63,408 nt of DNA from Gekko japonicus (Eukaryota), in the NCBI RefSeq assembly GCF_001447785.1, contig NW_015172050.1, forward strand, positions 122,447 to 185,854. Direction: 5' to 3'. The notes below the pieces were generated by a model. That model was not told the DNA's origin, made no database searches, and saw nothing but the letters and a program-made list of their open reading frames with translations. Below, piece by piece: positions 11,801-24,839 of the stretch (positions are counted from its first letter, which is position 1; the number at the start of each line of letters is the position of its first letter). The translations under genes were made by a program, and so were the position numbers.

Positions 11801-13262
11801 GGCTGCTACCGTTGAGGCAGCCACACAAAGGAACTGCTGTGTCACACAAGAAAGGAACGGGTAGCGCCAGGAGAGAGCCGGCAGCGAAATCCCTTGGCTT
11901 TCCTGCTCCCCCTATTCCTACCCGCAAGAAGCCAGCAGTGGAGTGCTAGTTCTGAACACGGAGCAGAAATTCTAGCTGGGCAACAAAAGGAAGAATTGGG
12001 GGGGTCCCACCAATACGGGCCATCCAGTGTAAGATTCTGCTTTGCGCACCAGGCGAGTGGGGTGGAGGGCTGTTAGGTCCCCGCCAGCTGGGGATAGGGG
12101 GACAGGGTTGCCAGGTCCAGGTTGGGAAACTCCTGGAGATTTGGGGATGGAGTCTGGGGAGGGCAGGGACTTCTCAGTGAGACACAACGCCATGGACTCT
12201 GTCCTCTAAAGCATCCATTTCCTCCAAGGGTCTGATCTCTGCGGGATGGAGATGAGTTGTAATTCCAGGGGATCCCCAGGTCCCACCTGGAGGCTGGCAT
12301 CCTTAGCGGGGAAGCATCAGCTATGCCCAGGTTCAGCCGACGGATAGCCCTAAAGCAAAGGGAAACAAGTCCCCTTGGAAAGCAGGCAGGTCTGTTTGGG
12401 CTCCCCCCCAGGGAAAGCAGGGCGCCTCTAAGGGCATCCGTCACGCTCCACCCTATCAGAAGGGGTCGACCCTCCCAGTCCCATCCCCTTCACACACACG
12501 TTGCTACCAGTGTTCCCTCTAAGCTGAGTTAGTGTGAGCTAGCTCACAGATTTTTAGCCTCAGGCTCACACATTTTTGTCTTCGCTCAGGAAGGAGGGCT
12601 CCAGAGCAAACTAACATGCAGTATAGCCAAATCGCTCACTCACAGCTTGAATGCCAGGAGCTCACAAAGTAGAATTTTTGCTCACAAGACTCCACAGCTT
12701 AGAGGGAACGTTGGTTGCTACCACCCTTGCAAAGGTAGGCTTCCTCCGGGGCAGCGCTTGCCTACCCCGCACCGGGTGGTGATTCACACCCCACTCCCAG
12801 CTGCCTTGCGGCAGTCCCCGTCCCTCTCTCGGCAGCCACGCGTGAGCCCCTACCCCTGTCCGGAGCGCCACCCCAGCCCGCGGGTCAGCCGCACAGAAAA
12901 CGAGGCGGGTTGGCACGTCACGTGCGAACGCAAGCCTGCCCCCACCTTCGCAACTCCGTCCCGGGTTTGCCCCCCGATCCAAATATCTCTACGGGGCGGA
13001 CCAAGGCTCGAAAAGTCCCACGCCCGGGAGGAAAATGCCCTGCAGCTCGAAGGGAAGGCAGCCCGCCCGGGGGACGGCGACTCAGGGCTCGGCCAAGGCG
13101 ACGCGCGGCCGACCCGTCCCCATCCAGACCGGACAGCGGCGGAGGATGGCGGGGAGGGGGGGGGGGGGTGGTGCAATGCGCCACTCGGCAGGTGCCGCAA
13201 CGGTGCCCAGGCAAGCGGCGGCGCCTATGCGGGGGGCCTCCGGCTGGCTCCTCTACTCACAT
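5859..13262 (-). CDS. VAMP1: Vesicle-associated membrane protein 1 (synaptobrevin-1), 119 aa; join(13261-13262, 8913-9042, 6856-7014, 6192-6243, 5859-5875)
   Basis: All introns are GT-AG and frame-consistent. Protein [44 protein letters not shown]|[53 protein letters not shown]|[17 protein letters not shown]|LYFFT*. KNCK and YFFT are VAMP1-type; synteny with MRPL51/NCAPD2 agrees. Confidence 0.97.
6192..6243 (-). CDS. VAMP1: VAMP1 exon 4 (transmembrane helix)
   Basis: tctccag|ATGATGATC ... GCAC|gtaagt; 52 bp. Confidence 0.96.
6856..7014 (-). CDS. VAMP1: VAMP1 exon 3 (R-SNARE motif)
   Basis: ctccag|GTGGTGGAT ... TGTAAG|gtgagc; 159 bp, 53 codons. Confidence 0.98.
7127..8548 (-). mobile_element. 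5'-truncated L1/Tx1-type LINE in VAMP1 intron 2
   Basis: ORF2 C-terminus ([11 protein letters not shown]..., CWKC...[10 protein letters not shown] zf-RVT-like); poly(A) tail; 17-bp TSD ccatcgaggtcagtatt at 7110-7126 and 8549-8565; inserted into a tRNA-derived SINE. Confidence 0.92.
8913..9042 (-). CDS. VAMP1: VAMP1 exon 2 (Pro/Gly-rich N-terminus, start of SNARE motif)
   Basis: ttccccag|GTCTGACCC ... GAGGAA|gtaagt; 130 bp. Confidence 0.96.
9285..10250 (-). repeat. Tandem array of five ~195-199 bp units, each a Penelope-end fragment with a degenerate minimal hammerhead plus a ~65 bp spacer
   Basis: Unit starts at 9285, 9480, 9675, 9873 and 10072. Confidence 0.9.
10396..10890 (-). mobile_element. 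CR1 LINE 3' fragment
   Basis: [16 protein letters not shown]...TRRHSMKL...[17 protein letters not shown]; tcttatgttcttat tail. Related fragments at approx. 15780-15895, 20535-20990, 35170-35630. Confidence 0.92.
12060..12305. mobile_element. TAGGGTTGCCA-TIR non-autonomous DNA element family; other copies approx. 4640-4860, 16856-17050, 17510-17685, 37287-37505, 51082-51335, 52627-53230, 53540-53645
   Basis: Recurrent agggttgcca...tggcaacccta termini and shared internal sequence. Confidence 0.65.
12508..12713 (+). mobile_element. ~205-bp hAT MITE (CAGTGTTCCCTCTAAGCTG TIR)
   Basis: Perfect 8-bp TSD gttgctac. Confidence 0.9.
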
Positions 13263-13620
13263 GGCCGGTCTCCCTTCCAGGCACCTCCTTCGCGGCTCGG
13301 CGGGCGGGCGAGCAGGGGCTGGCGGCGGCCGGGGGGCTCCTGGAGTCGGCGCCAAAGCAAGAGCCTCCCCCGCGGGCGACGGAAACTGCTGCAGAAGGAG
13401 CCGCTCCGCCACCCCCTCCCTTTTATAGGCGGGGGGCTCTTTCATCTTTGGAGGCGGGGCGAGAGTTTCCTCCAATCCGGACCGCGGTCGATCGGAACAG
13501 CTCCGCCTCCTTCCTCCGGCCGCAGACCTTCAAAGGAAGACTCCGGAGTGGAAGTGCTGAATCGGGATTCCTCGTAGGTTTGACGCGGTGCTGGGAAGCT
13601 GCCGTACACACGTTAGGGGG
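12740..13620 (-). promoter_or_regulatory. VAMP1 CpG island / promoter with TATA box
   Basis: CpG-dense; TATAAAA on minus strand at 13421-13427, ~160 bp upstream of the ATG; GC boxes nearby; GTCACGTG E-box at 12917-12924 in intron 1. Confidence 0.75.
13261..13262 (-). CDS. VAMP1: VAMP1 coding exon 1 (split start codon AT|G)
   Basis: Minus strand ccggccAT|gtgagtag inside a CpG island; exon 2 begins with G. Confidence 0.9.
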
Positions 13621-13972
13621 AACGCGCTGTTTGCACACCACTTTAGAAAGGGCCGATGCCTGCATAAATGCGGGGGTTAGATCGTGCTTTCAGCCACACC
13701 TGCTTTGAATATAACCCTTGATTAAGCCCTTTTCAGACACTGAGGGCAGGCGAAACCCTAGCCAATACAGGTAGTCACCAGGCTGTCTGAACAAAGGCGA
13801 CACGTGTATTTTTGCATGTACCTACCGCTTGGATAAGCACCGGCAGACCACTGGATCCTTCTGTTTCCCCACTCGACACGTGTATTTGGATAAGCACCAG
13901 CAGACCACTGGATCCTTCTGTTTCCCCACAACCTGAAGCTGTGCACCTATGGAAAATATGTGCATTGCCCAT

Positions 13973-14178
13973 CAGTGTTCCCTCTAAGCTGTGTTGGTGT
14001 GAGCCAGCTCACAGTTTTTTAGCCTCCAGCGCACACATTTTTGTCGTCGCTCAGGAAGGAGGGCTCCAGAGCAAACTGATTTATGCAGTAGCCAAACCGC
14101 TCGCTCACAACTTTAATACCAGGTGCTCACAAAGTTGAGTTTTTGCTCACAAGACTCCACAGCTCAGAGCGAGCGTTG
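13973..14178 (+). mobile_element. Same ~205-bp hAT MITE family; other copies 14940-15090, 16359-16557, 30629-30830, 32801-33006, 43116-43321
   Basis: Perfect 8-bp TSD ttgcccat; near-perfect TSDs at 16359 and 30629. Confidence 0.9.
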
Positions 14179-17100
14179 TTGCCCATATTGACATAACATG
14201 GTGACTGCACATATCAAGGGCACTGCAAATAGTGTACCCTTCCAGCATAAGTGGCTGCCGAGCCCACAAGACGACATCGGCTTTGCTTTTCTATTTTGCC
14301 CTCGTCAGGTCAGGGCTGGCTTAAGGCGACCCCTGGTGGTATTTTCAAGACAAGAGATATTTCGGAGGTGGTCTGCCATGGCCTGCCTCTGCCTCACAAC
14401 ACTGGTCCTCCTTGGTGGTCTCCCACCCAAATACTAGCCAGGGCCAACCCTGCTTAGCTTCTGAGAACTGACAAGATCAGGCTAGTCTGGGCCATCCAGG
14501 TTGGGGAGACAGATTTACTCAAAGACAAACCACCATACACAGAATGTACCTTAGATTGCATATAGGGCTATGATTTCCCCCCTCCAAGGAACTGGGATTC
14601 CTCTGTCACGGCTGGGAGGAGTTAAGCCATGTTTGTGTGTGGCACCTTAAAGGCTAATGAGATTCTACCCCGTGTACATTTTTGCAGAGACTGGAATCAG
14701 GTGTTGGAATAAAATGTATTCAGTTATTAAGTGCATTCTTGTAATCCTCCCAGGAGTTCAGGGCGGTATAACTGGTTCTCTTCCCTACATACACACACAC
14801 ATCCCTCCATACTATTCTGGCAACAATCCTGTGAGATACATTAGGCTGAGAGGATAACTAGCCTCAGGTCACTTGGTCAATTTCACGGCAAGCTGGGTCT
14901 CAATCAACAAGCAGGCCCTTCCTAGACCAACACCACAACCAATGCTCCCTCTAAGCCGTGGAGTCTTGTGAGCAAAAAATCTACTTTGTGAGCCACCGGC
15001 ATTGAAGCTGTGAGCAAGCGATTTGCCTACTGCATAAATTAGGTTCCTCTGGAGCCCTACTTCCTGAGCGAAGACAAAAATGTGTGAGCTTTGTGACTTT
15101 GCACTGTCTCTTAGCCTCAGACTTCAGAGGGGGTCTATAGAGAGTCAGAGAGATAGACAGGCCAGGACTTTGATCTTCCCTTTTACTGCTCTGATACTAT
15201 CCCTTTGATGTGTAGATTGCTACTCTCAGGGAATCTTCCTTCCTTCCGGCCTGACACCTTCTGTCCATGCTGTGCTAGCCTTTTCCATCTTGGCATCATG
15301 AGGGCAGGACATGCTTCCTGCATCTCTATCCATCCTAGCTAGTTAGACTAGATTAGAATCCTATCTCTACTGTATCCTGTCTAGAATGGAATTCCTTACA
15401 GTAAAGGACTCATGTTAGCTTTTGCAAAGATAAAATAGGCTCTGTGTTACTTTGTTCCTGCAGCGCACACACTCCAGATGGGCTCTGCTGTGTTGTGAGC
15501 CTTGCACACTCTGCTAAACAACTGGAAATAATTCTAACACCTTCAGCATAAGGAGCCTCCCTTTGACAGAAGGCATAAGATGAAGAGCGCGGAAAAGGTG
15601 GCAAGCCTCTCTCACCCACAGCACCGTAGCTGTGTTTCTTGTCAGCACACACAAACCAGGCAGACTCTGCTGCGTTATGTGCCTTGAGCACTCTGCTAAC
15701 CCAAATAATCCTTTAACCTCTACACCACACTGCCTTTTTGGTTTGTCTTGATGGTGCCACTAGACTCCTGTTTATTCCACTGCCATTCCTTGTGGACCTC
15801 CTGATGGCACCTGATATTTTTGGCCACTGTGTGACAGAGTGTCGGACCAGATGGGCCACTGGCTTGATCCAACATGGCTTCTCTTATGTTCTTCTGAGGA
15901 GGATTGTCCCTACTAACTGCTGCCTGGATGGTCACTGCACTTTTCTGGATCGCCTTTGAATGTGGCATAGTTACCTCTCACTCCGTACTTCCTGCCTTCC
16001 ATAGCCGCTTGACCCTGTTGTTTAGAATGTCTTTGTCTTCAGAGCCTCCTGTTAGGGAGCCGGTGTGGTGCAGTGGTTAGAGTGTCAGACTGGGATCTGG
16101 GAGACCCCAGGTTCAAATCCCCACCCTGCCATGGAAGCCTGCTAGGCCAGGCACACAAGCTCCGCCTGAATCTACCTCACCAAGGCTGCTGTTAGGATAA
16201 CATGGAGGCAGGGAAGACGGTGTTGTAAGGTGCTTTGGATCCCCACTGGGGTACAAAGTGAGGTGTGAATATCTAAATAAATATGAGTATCTGCCTATCG
16301 AGGACCCACAAAACGCATCCGATGGAGTCCAGAGCTTATGCTGAAATACAGTCTTGTCCAGGGTTCCCTCTAAGCTGAGTTAGTGTGAGCTAGCTCACAG
16401 TTTTTTAGCCTCTGGCTCACACATTTTTGTCTTCGCTCAGGAAGGGCTCCAGAGCAAACTGATTTATGCAGTCGCCAAATCACTCGCTCGCAACTTTCAT
16501 GCCCGTAGCTCACAAAGGAGAATTTTTTGCTCCCAACACAGCTGAGAGGGAGCATTGGTTTTGTCCGTTATGAAGGTCCCACTGGACTCCTCTTCATTTT
16601 GTCAGCCTAAGGTACCCTTTCTCTCTCCTTGCTCCTCCCAAGCTCTTACCAGCCAGGTGCACTGCAGTTTCTGAGACTTTAGGAGCAATCCTAAGCAGGC
16701 CTACTCAGAAGTAAGCCCCATGTTGTTCAATGGGGCTCCCTCCCAGGAATGTATTCATAGGACTGTGTCCTACATTGCCTTTTGAAGCCAGTAAGAATCT
16801 CTGTGGTTTGGGTTGCCTCCACACCATCCTCATGCAGTTCTTTAGGAGACCACCCTAGGGTTGCCAAACTCCAGGCGGGGCCTGGAGACCTCCTGGAATT
16901 ACAACTGGGCTAAAGAGAGCAGTCCCCCTAGAGAAAGGGCCTGCCTTGGAGGATGGACTGTATGGCTTTGTGCCCTGTTGAGGTCCTGTCCCTCCCCAGG
17001 TTCCAACCCCACGTCTCCAGGAGTTTCCCAAACTGGAGCTGACAACCCTGCCACCTACACGTGCTTCGAAAGCCTTGCCACTTTCCTGCAGAGGACAGGA

Positions 17101-18052
17101 ATGGGGTGGGGCAGCCCTTGTGCATCACACGATCCGATTCCCCCTAGCCAGCCTTGTAACACAGAAGGACTGGCCCCCATGATGAAGCGCTGGAATGTCT
17201 TAAGAAGGAACCCGAGAGGCACAGCTGGTTAGAAATGCAGCTGTGCTGTGACCTTCGGCCCTGTGGCCTCATCGGCCTTCCCCCTCCCATCCTGCTGGAT
17301 ATGTCTGTCCTTTGTGTCCGGCGTAGCTTAGCTGGGGGCCTTCCTTTTTTGCACCTCTGCAGTGAAAGCAACCCTTTAGGATTTGGACATTCGGGTTCAA
17401 ACGCTAAGCACGCATTCCCTTTTTGAGATCAAGGCAGCATCTGCAGCACAGAAAGGACTGGAGCCTGCCGGGGGCCTACGGAGCAACTTGTTAACTTCAA
17501 AATGCATTGAGTTGCCAACCTGGAGGGGGGGGAAATGTCCTGTCCTTTTAGTAGAGGCTCAGTATATAGCAATGGGCAGATTAAGCTTTTCATGGCATGG
17601 AGGTAAATAAGACCACTCGGCAAATAACACGAAACTTTTATTAAAGGCACAAAGCATTCTTCTCCAGGCCAGCTGGCAACCCTAAAATTTCCTCCAGTGG
17701 TCTTGCAACAATGGTTAAGCATTTAAACAGTGACCACAAGTGTCACCGGGAGAGGAAAAGTGGGGTTTGAGCCTGCCCAGCTCTTTGAACATTTTTAATG
17801 TGGGTAATACTAATGAATAATTATTGTATGGCCTTGTGTGTGTTGTTGAGAAACAAGACTCATTTTATGATTTATATCTGCTACACACAACAAATGGACT
17901 GTGCACAAACTTGTATACCGTGAGCCTAGAGAAAGCGGTTTGGAATTACATACTGTGAGACAGAATTCACATAGGAACCACTTGCCTGCATTTTATGTTA
18001 ATGTAGCTTGCACACATTCAGCTCAGAGAGAATCATGGGAAGAAGAAGCACA

Positions 18053-18946
18053 TGTTAGCCATTGTTAGCAGAAAACGACAACTCAGAGAAGAAGATCCCC
18101 CATTATTGCAAAGACGAGATGTCACGTAGAGCATGGACTTTATCTGCATCTGTATAGCAGTTTCCTGTTGACGGTACCAAACTGGCCTGGGAGAGCCAAG
18201 ATTCATTTGTACTTCAAAGGAGAAACAGGAAGAAGTGACTTCGCACCTAGCCAAATGGTATTCCATGAGCTAGAGTATAGTATTTCAATATTGGCCCAAC
18301 CCATAGGGACACCTGCCCCTTTCTACATTCACCAATCCGGTAGTTCATGGAATGGACTTGTGAGTAGGTGGGACCACAGCTTGGCAAGGTGCCACCCACC
18401 TGGAAGTTCCACTATAAAAGTAAAGACCCAAACTCTAAGTCTTTGCTAGCCACCCTTTCTCCACGACCTCTATCTTCTTTACCACCTCTTAAGCCCAGCT
18501 TCCTATACCACAATCCTTTGTCTACTTTAAGATCTCTTGGACTGCAGCCAATGAGGTCCACATCTTGTTAGCAGGTTCTAGCAGGTGTGAGTTAGTTTAA
18601 ATCCCTAGGAATTCTTTTATCCCCTATTCTTCCATTGCAACAGACAAGACTTCTGGAAACAGGCAAGTATAAATCGAAATATACCTACCTACCTCCAAGT
18701 AACTGATAAACTATATTCTTTCTGTAACTCTAAAGGAACCTTGAGTGTATGTGAAATGAGAGACTGATTGTTTTGTATGTGTGAACTCGAAATCCTTCAG
18801 TAAAAAGATTATTTTGTTTTGGAAAAACACCCGTGTGGTCTCCATTACTGGGTCTCTATTGGTAGACACAACCTTGGTATAGTTGGCCAGCACTCATGTT
18901 AAAATATAGTTGGCCTCAGCTGTAGATAAAGCTGTTTGGCGTAACA
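18053..18946 (+). mobile_element. Probable solo LTR (ERV/Gypsy-like)
   Basis: TGTTA...TAACA termini, CCAAT then TATAAAA near 18413; TSD not resolved. Confidence 0.5.
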
Positions 18947-21281
18947 GTGTAGAATAGCCAGGAGATCCTAAGATTGTCTGGCAGCCAGAAGTTCTAGCTC
19001 CCTTAGCCTTATGCACCACTAGGTGGTGAGCTAGACTTGTTTTTAAGGCAAGAGATGTTTCAGAGGTGGTTTGCCACTGCCTGCCTCTGAATAAAGCCTT
19101 GGTATTCCTTGGAGGTCACCCTCCCAAATACTAGTCAAGGCCAACCCTGCTTCGCTTCTGAGATCTGATGGGATGAGGCTATCCTTGGCTATCCAGGTCA
19201 GGGCTTTACTGTGGGTATGCTAAACAGGATACCTGTTCCTAGTCCCACCCCTTACCATTGTGACTGCACACCATTATGGCCACTGCTAACATCACTCCTC
19301 CTGTATTTTCTTGTAAGATGTGAGGATACAGCCTTGCTCTACCTTATGGAAGTTAGATCAGCTAGAGCCTGGATCAGAGCCTTTTTTGGGGTGGCACAAA
19401 CATTCTGGAACCTACTTCCTAGGGTTTTCAGCCAGGCCCCCTCTGAGTTCCCTGTATCACTAATAACCCATTTTTTAAAAAAAAAACAATAGAGAACTTT
19501 AGATAAAGGAGACCTAGATGAATGTAATTCTGCTCTGCCTTTTTCAGTTCAAGGCTTTTACACTTTTAGGCTGAATTTTGTAGGGATTATTCTTCAAGGG
19601 GTCTGTGGAACTGTTTGCCTGCAGAGTTTGCTCTTATATATAACTTCTAAAGTCCGCTTTCATAGACTCCCAGTGAAATGCTACCGTTAAAATCAGGCCT
19701 TCTGAAGGAGGACAGGATCACATGAGTACACAGATCTGCCTTATGAGTCAGACCCTAGGTCCACCAAAGTTCAATATTATTTATTCAGACAGGCAGTCTC
19801 GGGGTTAGGGTTATGGTCTTTCCCATCATCTACGACCTGTTCCTTTTAGATGGAGATGCTGGAGGCTGAACCTGGGACCTTCTCTGAGTGGCAAGCAGGT
19901 GCTTTACTGAATCACACAGTCCCTTCCCATTTGATAAAGATACACAGAGCAGCTGATTGCCACTGGAGTCACATGCCTTTCCCCTGGGATCCCACTGTGT
20001 GGGAGGGAGGGAAGGGTGGTATTTAGGGGATTGCAGGAGAAGTTTGGTCTCATTCCAGAGAAATCAGCACCCTGTTCCTTTGGAATGTTTTTAACAAAAC
20101 CTGCAACTGCGTTGTGTGTCTGTCTTCTGTCACAGTTAACAAATTCCCCACCCCACACTTCTACATGCACACACCACTCTGCAGTGTTGATACGGCATGC
20201 TTGTAGGAGGAGGAGCCAGGATGAAGGGTCTGCCCCTTGACCAGAACAGCTGGAGCGTCAGCAAGGGTGGAAAGAGAAGCCCTAACAGCTTCCTGTCTTG
20301 CCAGCTCCTGTGTTTACAATTAATGTGCTAACAACCCAGGGAGTGGAGGTCTATTTGAGAGCAGAACAAAGTCTGCTCAGGCTACCAATGAGAGCTATGG
20401 GTAGTCAGTCAAATGAGCAGGGAGGGAGAGGTGGCGAAGCTTGTGAGCCCACTGAGTTTCCTGGGGCAAATTCCCTGGAAAGGCAGCTCAGAAATGTTCT
20501 TCAAATAAAGACATGAATACCTGAAGGAGGCTTATAAGAACATAAGAGAAGCCACGTTGGATCAGGCCGATGGCCCATCCAGTCCAACACTCCATGTCAC
20601 AGAGTGGTCAAAACCCAGGTGTCATCAGGAGGTCTACTGCAGGGCCAGAACTCCAGAAGGCCTCACACTGTTCCCCCCCCCACCGAGCACCAAGAATACA
20701 GAGCATCACTGCCCCAAACATAGTGTTCCATCTATACCACGTGGCTAATAGCCACTGATGGGCCTCTGCTTCATATGTTTATCCACTCACCTCTTGGAGC
20801 TGTCTATGCTTGGAGCTGCCACCACTTCCTACAGCAGTGAATCCCACATGTTAATTACTCTTTGGGTGAAGAAATACTTCCTTTTATCTGTTCCAAGCCT
20901 ACTGCTCATCATGGGTTCTTATACTGCGAGAAGGGGAGAAAAGTTCTTCTTTTGCTACCTTCTCTATCCCGTGCATAATTTTGTACACCTGGAACTGACT
21001 GCCTCTTTTTGCTAAGAATCTGGATTGAACCTGTGACCTCACATGAGCTAAACCTCGACTTGTTCCATCGGACTGCAGCACCATGTCAACTTCCCCAGCT
21101 TGGGTCTGGATGCACAGAGGTTGTGAAAAGGGAACGGGAGCAAGTCAAAGGCTGAGAACTCCCTCTCCCCCCACACAACACACTGCATCATATGGCTTTT
21201 GCCAGTTTCTTCCAATATTACCATGAGTACAGATTTTGCTGATATTATTATTATCATCATCATCATCATCATCATCATCAT

Positions 21282-21675
21282 CGGGCTCTTTTTGTAGAAA
21301 AAAAACAGTAGGAACTCATTAGCATAATAGGCCGCACCCAACCGCAGATACTCATTAGCATATTAGGCCACACCCCTAACAGCACAGCTCATTAGCGCAT
21401 TAGGCCACACCCCCATGTTACCAGAAGTGTGGTTATCCAGCCACACCCACCTTTTGCTTGTTATTCTGTTTACCTTGTTTGTTGTCAAAACCCAGGACTT
21501 TTTTGTAGCAGGAACTCCTTTGCATGTTAGGCCACACACCCCTAATGTAGCCAATCCTAATGAGTTTCTGATGTTGGGTGGGGCCTGTTATGCTAATGAG
21601 TTCCTGCTGGGCATGGCCAACTTGGGAGCCAGCCGGAACTCCGTTCCTGTGCGTTCCTGCCCAAAAATAGCCCTG
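21282..21675 (-). mobile_element. hAT-like MITE (CAGGGCT TIR, ctcattagcata repeats)
   Basis: Homologous to 28922-29248; inserted in an (ATC/ATT)n microsatellite. Confidence 0.7.
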
Positions 21676-22164
21676 ATTATTATTATTAACCACCCTCCCC
21701 CATACTCATGGGAAGTTTGGTGTAATAGTTAAGAGTATTGGATGAGTATCTGGAAGACCCAGGTTCAAATCCCTGGTCATGGCATGGAAGCTTGCTGGGT
21801 GACCTTGGGCCAGTCACCTGCTCTCAGCCTGACCTACCTCACAGGGTTGTTGTGAGGATAAAACGCAAGACAGGAGATTGATGTAAGCTGCTTTGGGTAT
21901 CCCTTGGGGGGAAAGGCAGAATATGAATTCAATAAATAAGTCTGGGTTGTAGTACAGCTCCCCCTTTCCTCTATGGTCTCACAGACCTGGCACATCACCC
22001 AAAAGGTGAGCTTTGACTTGGGAACGTTGCTCCAGTGCTTATGCCCTTCTCAGTTCAAACCTTCGTCATAAGGCTCCCACCCACGTCATAAGGCTCCTGT
22101 ACAGAGGGGCCTTGGCTTAAAGCATGCAGAGGGTCCCAGGCTCAGGCTCCAGCATCACCAGGCA

Positions 22165-22425
22165 AAAGAAGAAGAGGAGGAGGAGGAGGAGGAGATTGGA
22201 TTTATACCCCACCCTTCACTACCCAAAGGAGTCTCAGAGCGGCTTACAAACTCCTTTTCCTTCCCCTCCCCCCAACAGACACCCTGGGAGGTGGGTGGGG
22301 CTGAGAGAGCTCTGACAGAAACTGCTCTTTTTCAAGGATAGCTGTGCCAGAACTATGGCTTGGCCAAAGTCATCCAGCAGGTGCAAGTGGAGGAATGGAG
22401 AATCAAACCCAGTTCTCCCAGATTA
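22165..22425 (-). mobile_element. Squam3-type (Ther1/MIR-derived) tRNA SINE; other copies 29915-30200 (-) and 32620-33105 (+, MITE inserted)
   Basis: Family members show a tRNA head tggtgtagtggttaa, core ctctcagccccacccacctcacagggtgtctgttg and a (CTT/CTC)n tail. Confidence 0.75.
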
Positions 22426-24448
22426 ACCAAAAAGGTTAAGGTGACACGAAAGACCTCCATCTCAGACCTTGGAGATCCGCTGCCAGTCAAGAGCAGACAA
22501 AACTGACCTTGGCAGACCCAGGGTCTGAGTCAGCTGGAAGCCCTTTTATGATCTCACGGATGCCACCAACATCCTGGCTGCATGGAGTGTTCTGACAATC
22601 GTCTCTATTGGAGCGCTGTACCATTGCTTGGTGTTCCATCAGCCTCGACCCAAGACCTGCCTGAAGTTCATTAAATGCACCAGGCAACTACTTAACCTAT
22701 GTTCATAAAACCAAAGATGAACTGAGCCAGTATACCGCAAGTGTTTTTGTATTTTCTCCCCTTACATTCCTGACTTTGTGTTCTTTTCTGTTATTCTTGA
22801 AGGGCCCTTGAACAGTTATGAGTTTATCATAATGAATAACACAGTTCTGGTTAAAACCAGCATAAAGCATTGACTCACCCGGTTTGCCTCCACATAGATA
22901 ATGGTTTGGATGTTAAGGTCGGAAGGCCGCTGTATTATAATAGTGCGAAGTGCATAGACTTCATGAGAGTTCCACGTATACCTCTTTGTGGTCACCAAGT
23001 ATCCTAACCTATCCAGACTTAACAAGATTTATTCTGTCACACTCCTTTGCGAGCCAGAGAACACCCCCGAAAGCTTAGTCTGGAATAAAACCAGTTGGTT
23101 TTTGAGATGCCGCTGGGCTCCTGTTTTGTTTGGCTGCTATGGACTATCAGGGCTACATTTCTGGGATTATCCACATTTTATTCCAAGATGATTTTTTGTG
23201 AATTAGAGCTCACTTCTTCAGATGCAATGAGCCACTCCTTGCTTCTAAAGAAGTGAGCTCTGGCCGTGCAACGATGTTAGTTTTTAGGGCGCTGCTAGAT
23301 TGTTTTCATTTTGCTGCAATATACACAAATGGCTACTCTTCATGGAACAATTTTGGGGCTATGTTTTGAGATACATGCTATCCGGGGTTTTCTTTTTTCT
23401 TTTAATGCCACTAATATGATGCAATTAGACACACCCCTCTTAATTGCAGGAATGAGCAGATGTGCCCCCCAAGGAACAGTCTTGCACCCATTTTTGTGGT
23501 GTCATCCAGGATCCCAGAACATCCCCAACCAACCTGATAACAGTCCACCCAGCTGGCTTTCTGTAAGAATGATCTCTGCCTTGATCTGTCTTTGCCCCTC
23601 CTCCCTTTTTCATGTGCCATAATGATTTGGATGAATTCACAAAGTGCCATGCCCAGGTAAATGCTGATCGCCACTTCGAGGTCAGGAAACAATTTTTCTC
23701 CAGGCCAGTTTGGCTGGAGATCCCATGGGTTTTTGGCATCTTCTGGGTGTGGAACAGTGGTCACTGGGTAATGGTGGGGAGGTATTTGTGAATCTCCTGC
23801 ATTTCACAGGGGGTTGGACTAGATGACCCTGGAGGTCCCTTCCAACTCTGTGATTCTATGATTAATAGTTTGGCCGCATGTGTTTGAGACAGGGGAGGGA
23901 GGTATCACTTGAGGGAGCTGCTGTCCAGGGTGCTGAAACTTTGATCCATCAAGCTGTATGAATACAGATGCCATTTCTGTAGCTTTGTACTCTCCTGGTT
24001 AGATGTCAGGAGAAATGTGAAGCTGACACCTTGGAACATCTGCTCGACCAGCCTGACAAATTTCTCCAGTTCTACAATTGTTAAAATGCTCACCGTAACT
24101 ACGGAATCTATGTTATCTGATGCAGCTCTTGCAAAAGATCTCAGGGCCTACCAGCCTATTTTTCACTTTTCCACAGAAATATCACAAACCAGGCTTGGTT
24201 CACAGATGTCTTCCATTCTTCTCTCTGTACAAAAATCTTTCCAACTAAGAATCCATTGCCTCTGGTCCACTAAAGCATTGGTTAGTCTTTATGGTACCAC
24301 CTGAGCCTTAAACAGACACACATACACACACATGCACAAAAGTCACTGGACACAGCACATGATGCAACCTCATAGTGCTGTGGATCATCCCATACGATCG
24401 GCTACCAGTGGCAGAGAATACCATAGTCCAGCATTCCAACTACTACAC

Positions 24449-24839
24449 CAGGGGTGTCAAACATAAGGCCCGGGGGCCAGAACTGGCCCATCCAGGGCTC
24501 TTACCGAGTCCTCAAGCAACTGGTATGTCTGTAAATGTAAGGTACTCCCCCATTTATGGTATCCCTTGGGGAAAAAACTAGTCTTTCATATGATTAAATA
24601 CATTTATTGGGGCTTTTGTGGGTTCCCCAGTAAATCAATTGCTTTCACTGCTAGGAATCAATTGCTTTTGTTTGTATTTTGAGTAAAAGATAGTATTGTT
24701 AATTGGGTTTGCCAGTGTCCTTTATAAAGTTTATATCTCTGCTACCTGGCATTACATTTTATGGCACACATGTCCCGGCCCAGCAAAGTGACATCTATGT
24801 CAGATCCGGCCCTCGTAACAAATGAGTTTGACACCTCAG
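24449..24839 (+). mobile_element. hAT-Charlie-like MITE
   Basis: TIR caggggtgtcaaac/gtttgacacctcag; TSD tactacac/cactacac. Confidence 0.8.

Noticed and set aside
13121-13142. REST/RE1 site in VAMP1 intron 1
   Set aside because: Only the GGACAGCG half-site matches; the left half is absent
12647-13708. Long overlapping ORFs (up to 353 aa) across the VAMP1 promoter
   Set aside because: Stop-poor GC-rich CpG island, start inside a MITE, no recognisable domain
22530-22707. TM-like open frame SWKPFYDLTDATNILAAWSVLTIVSIGALYHCLVFHQ
   Set aside because: No start codon or convincing splice partners, and no family recognised; BLASTx would settle it
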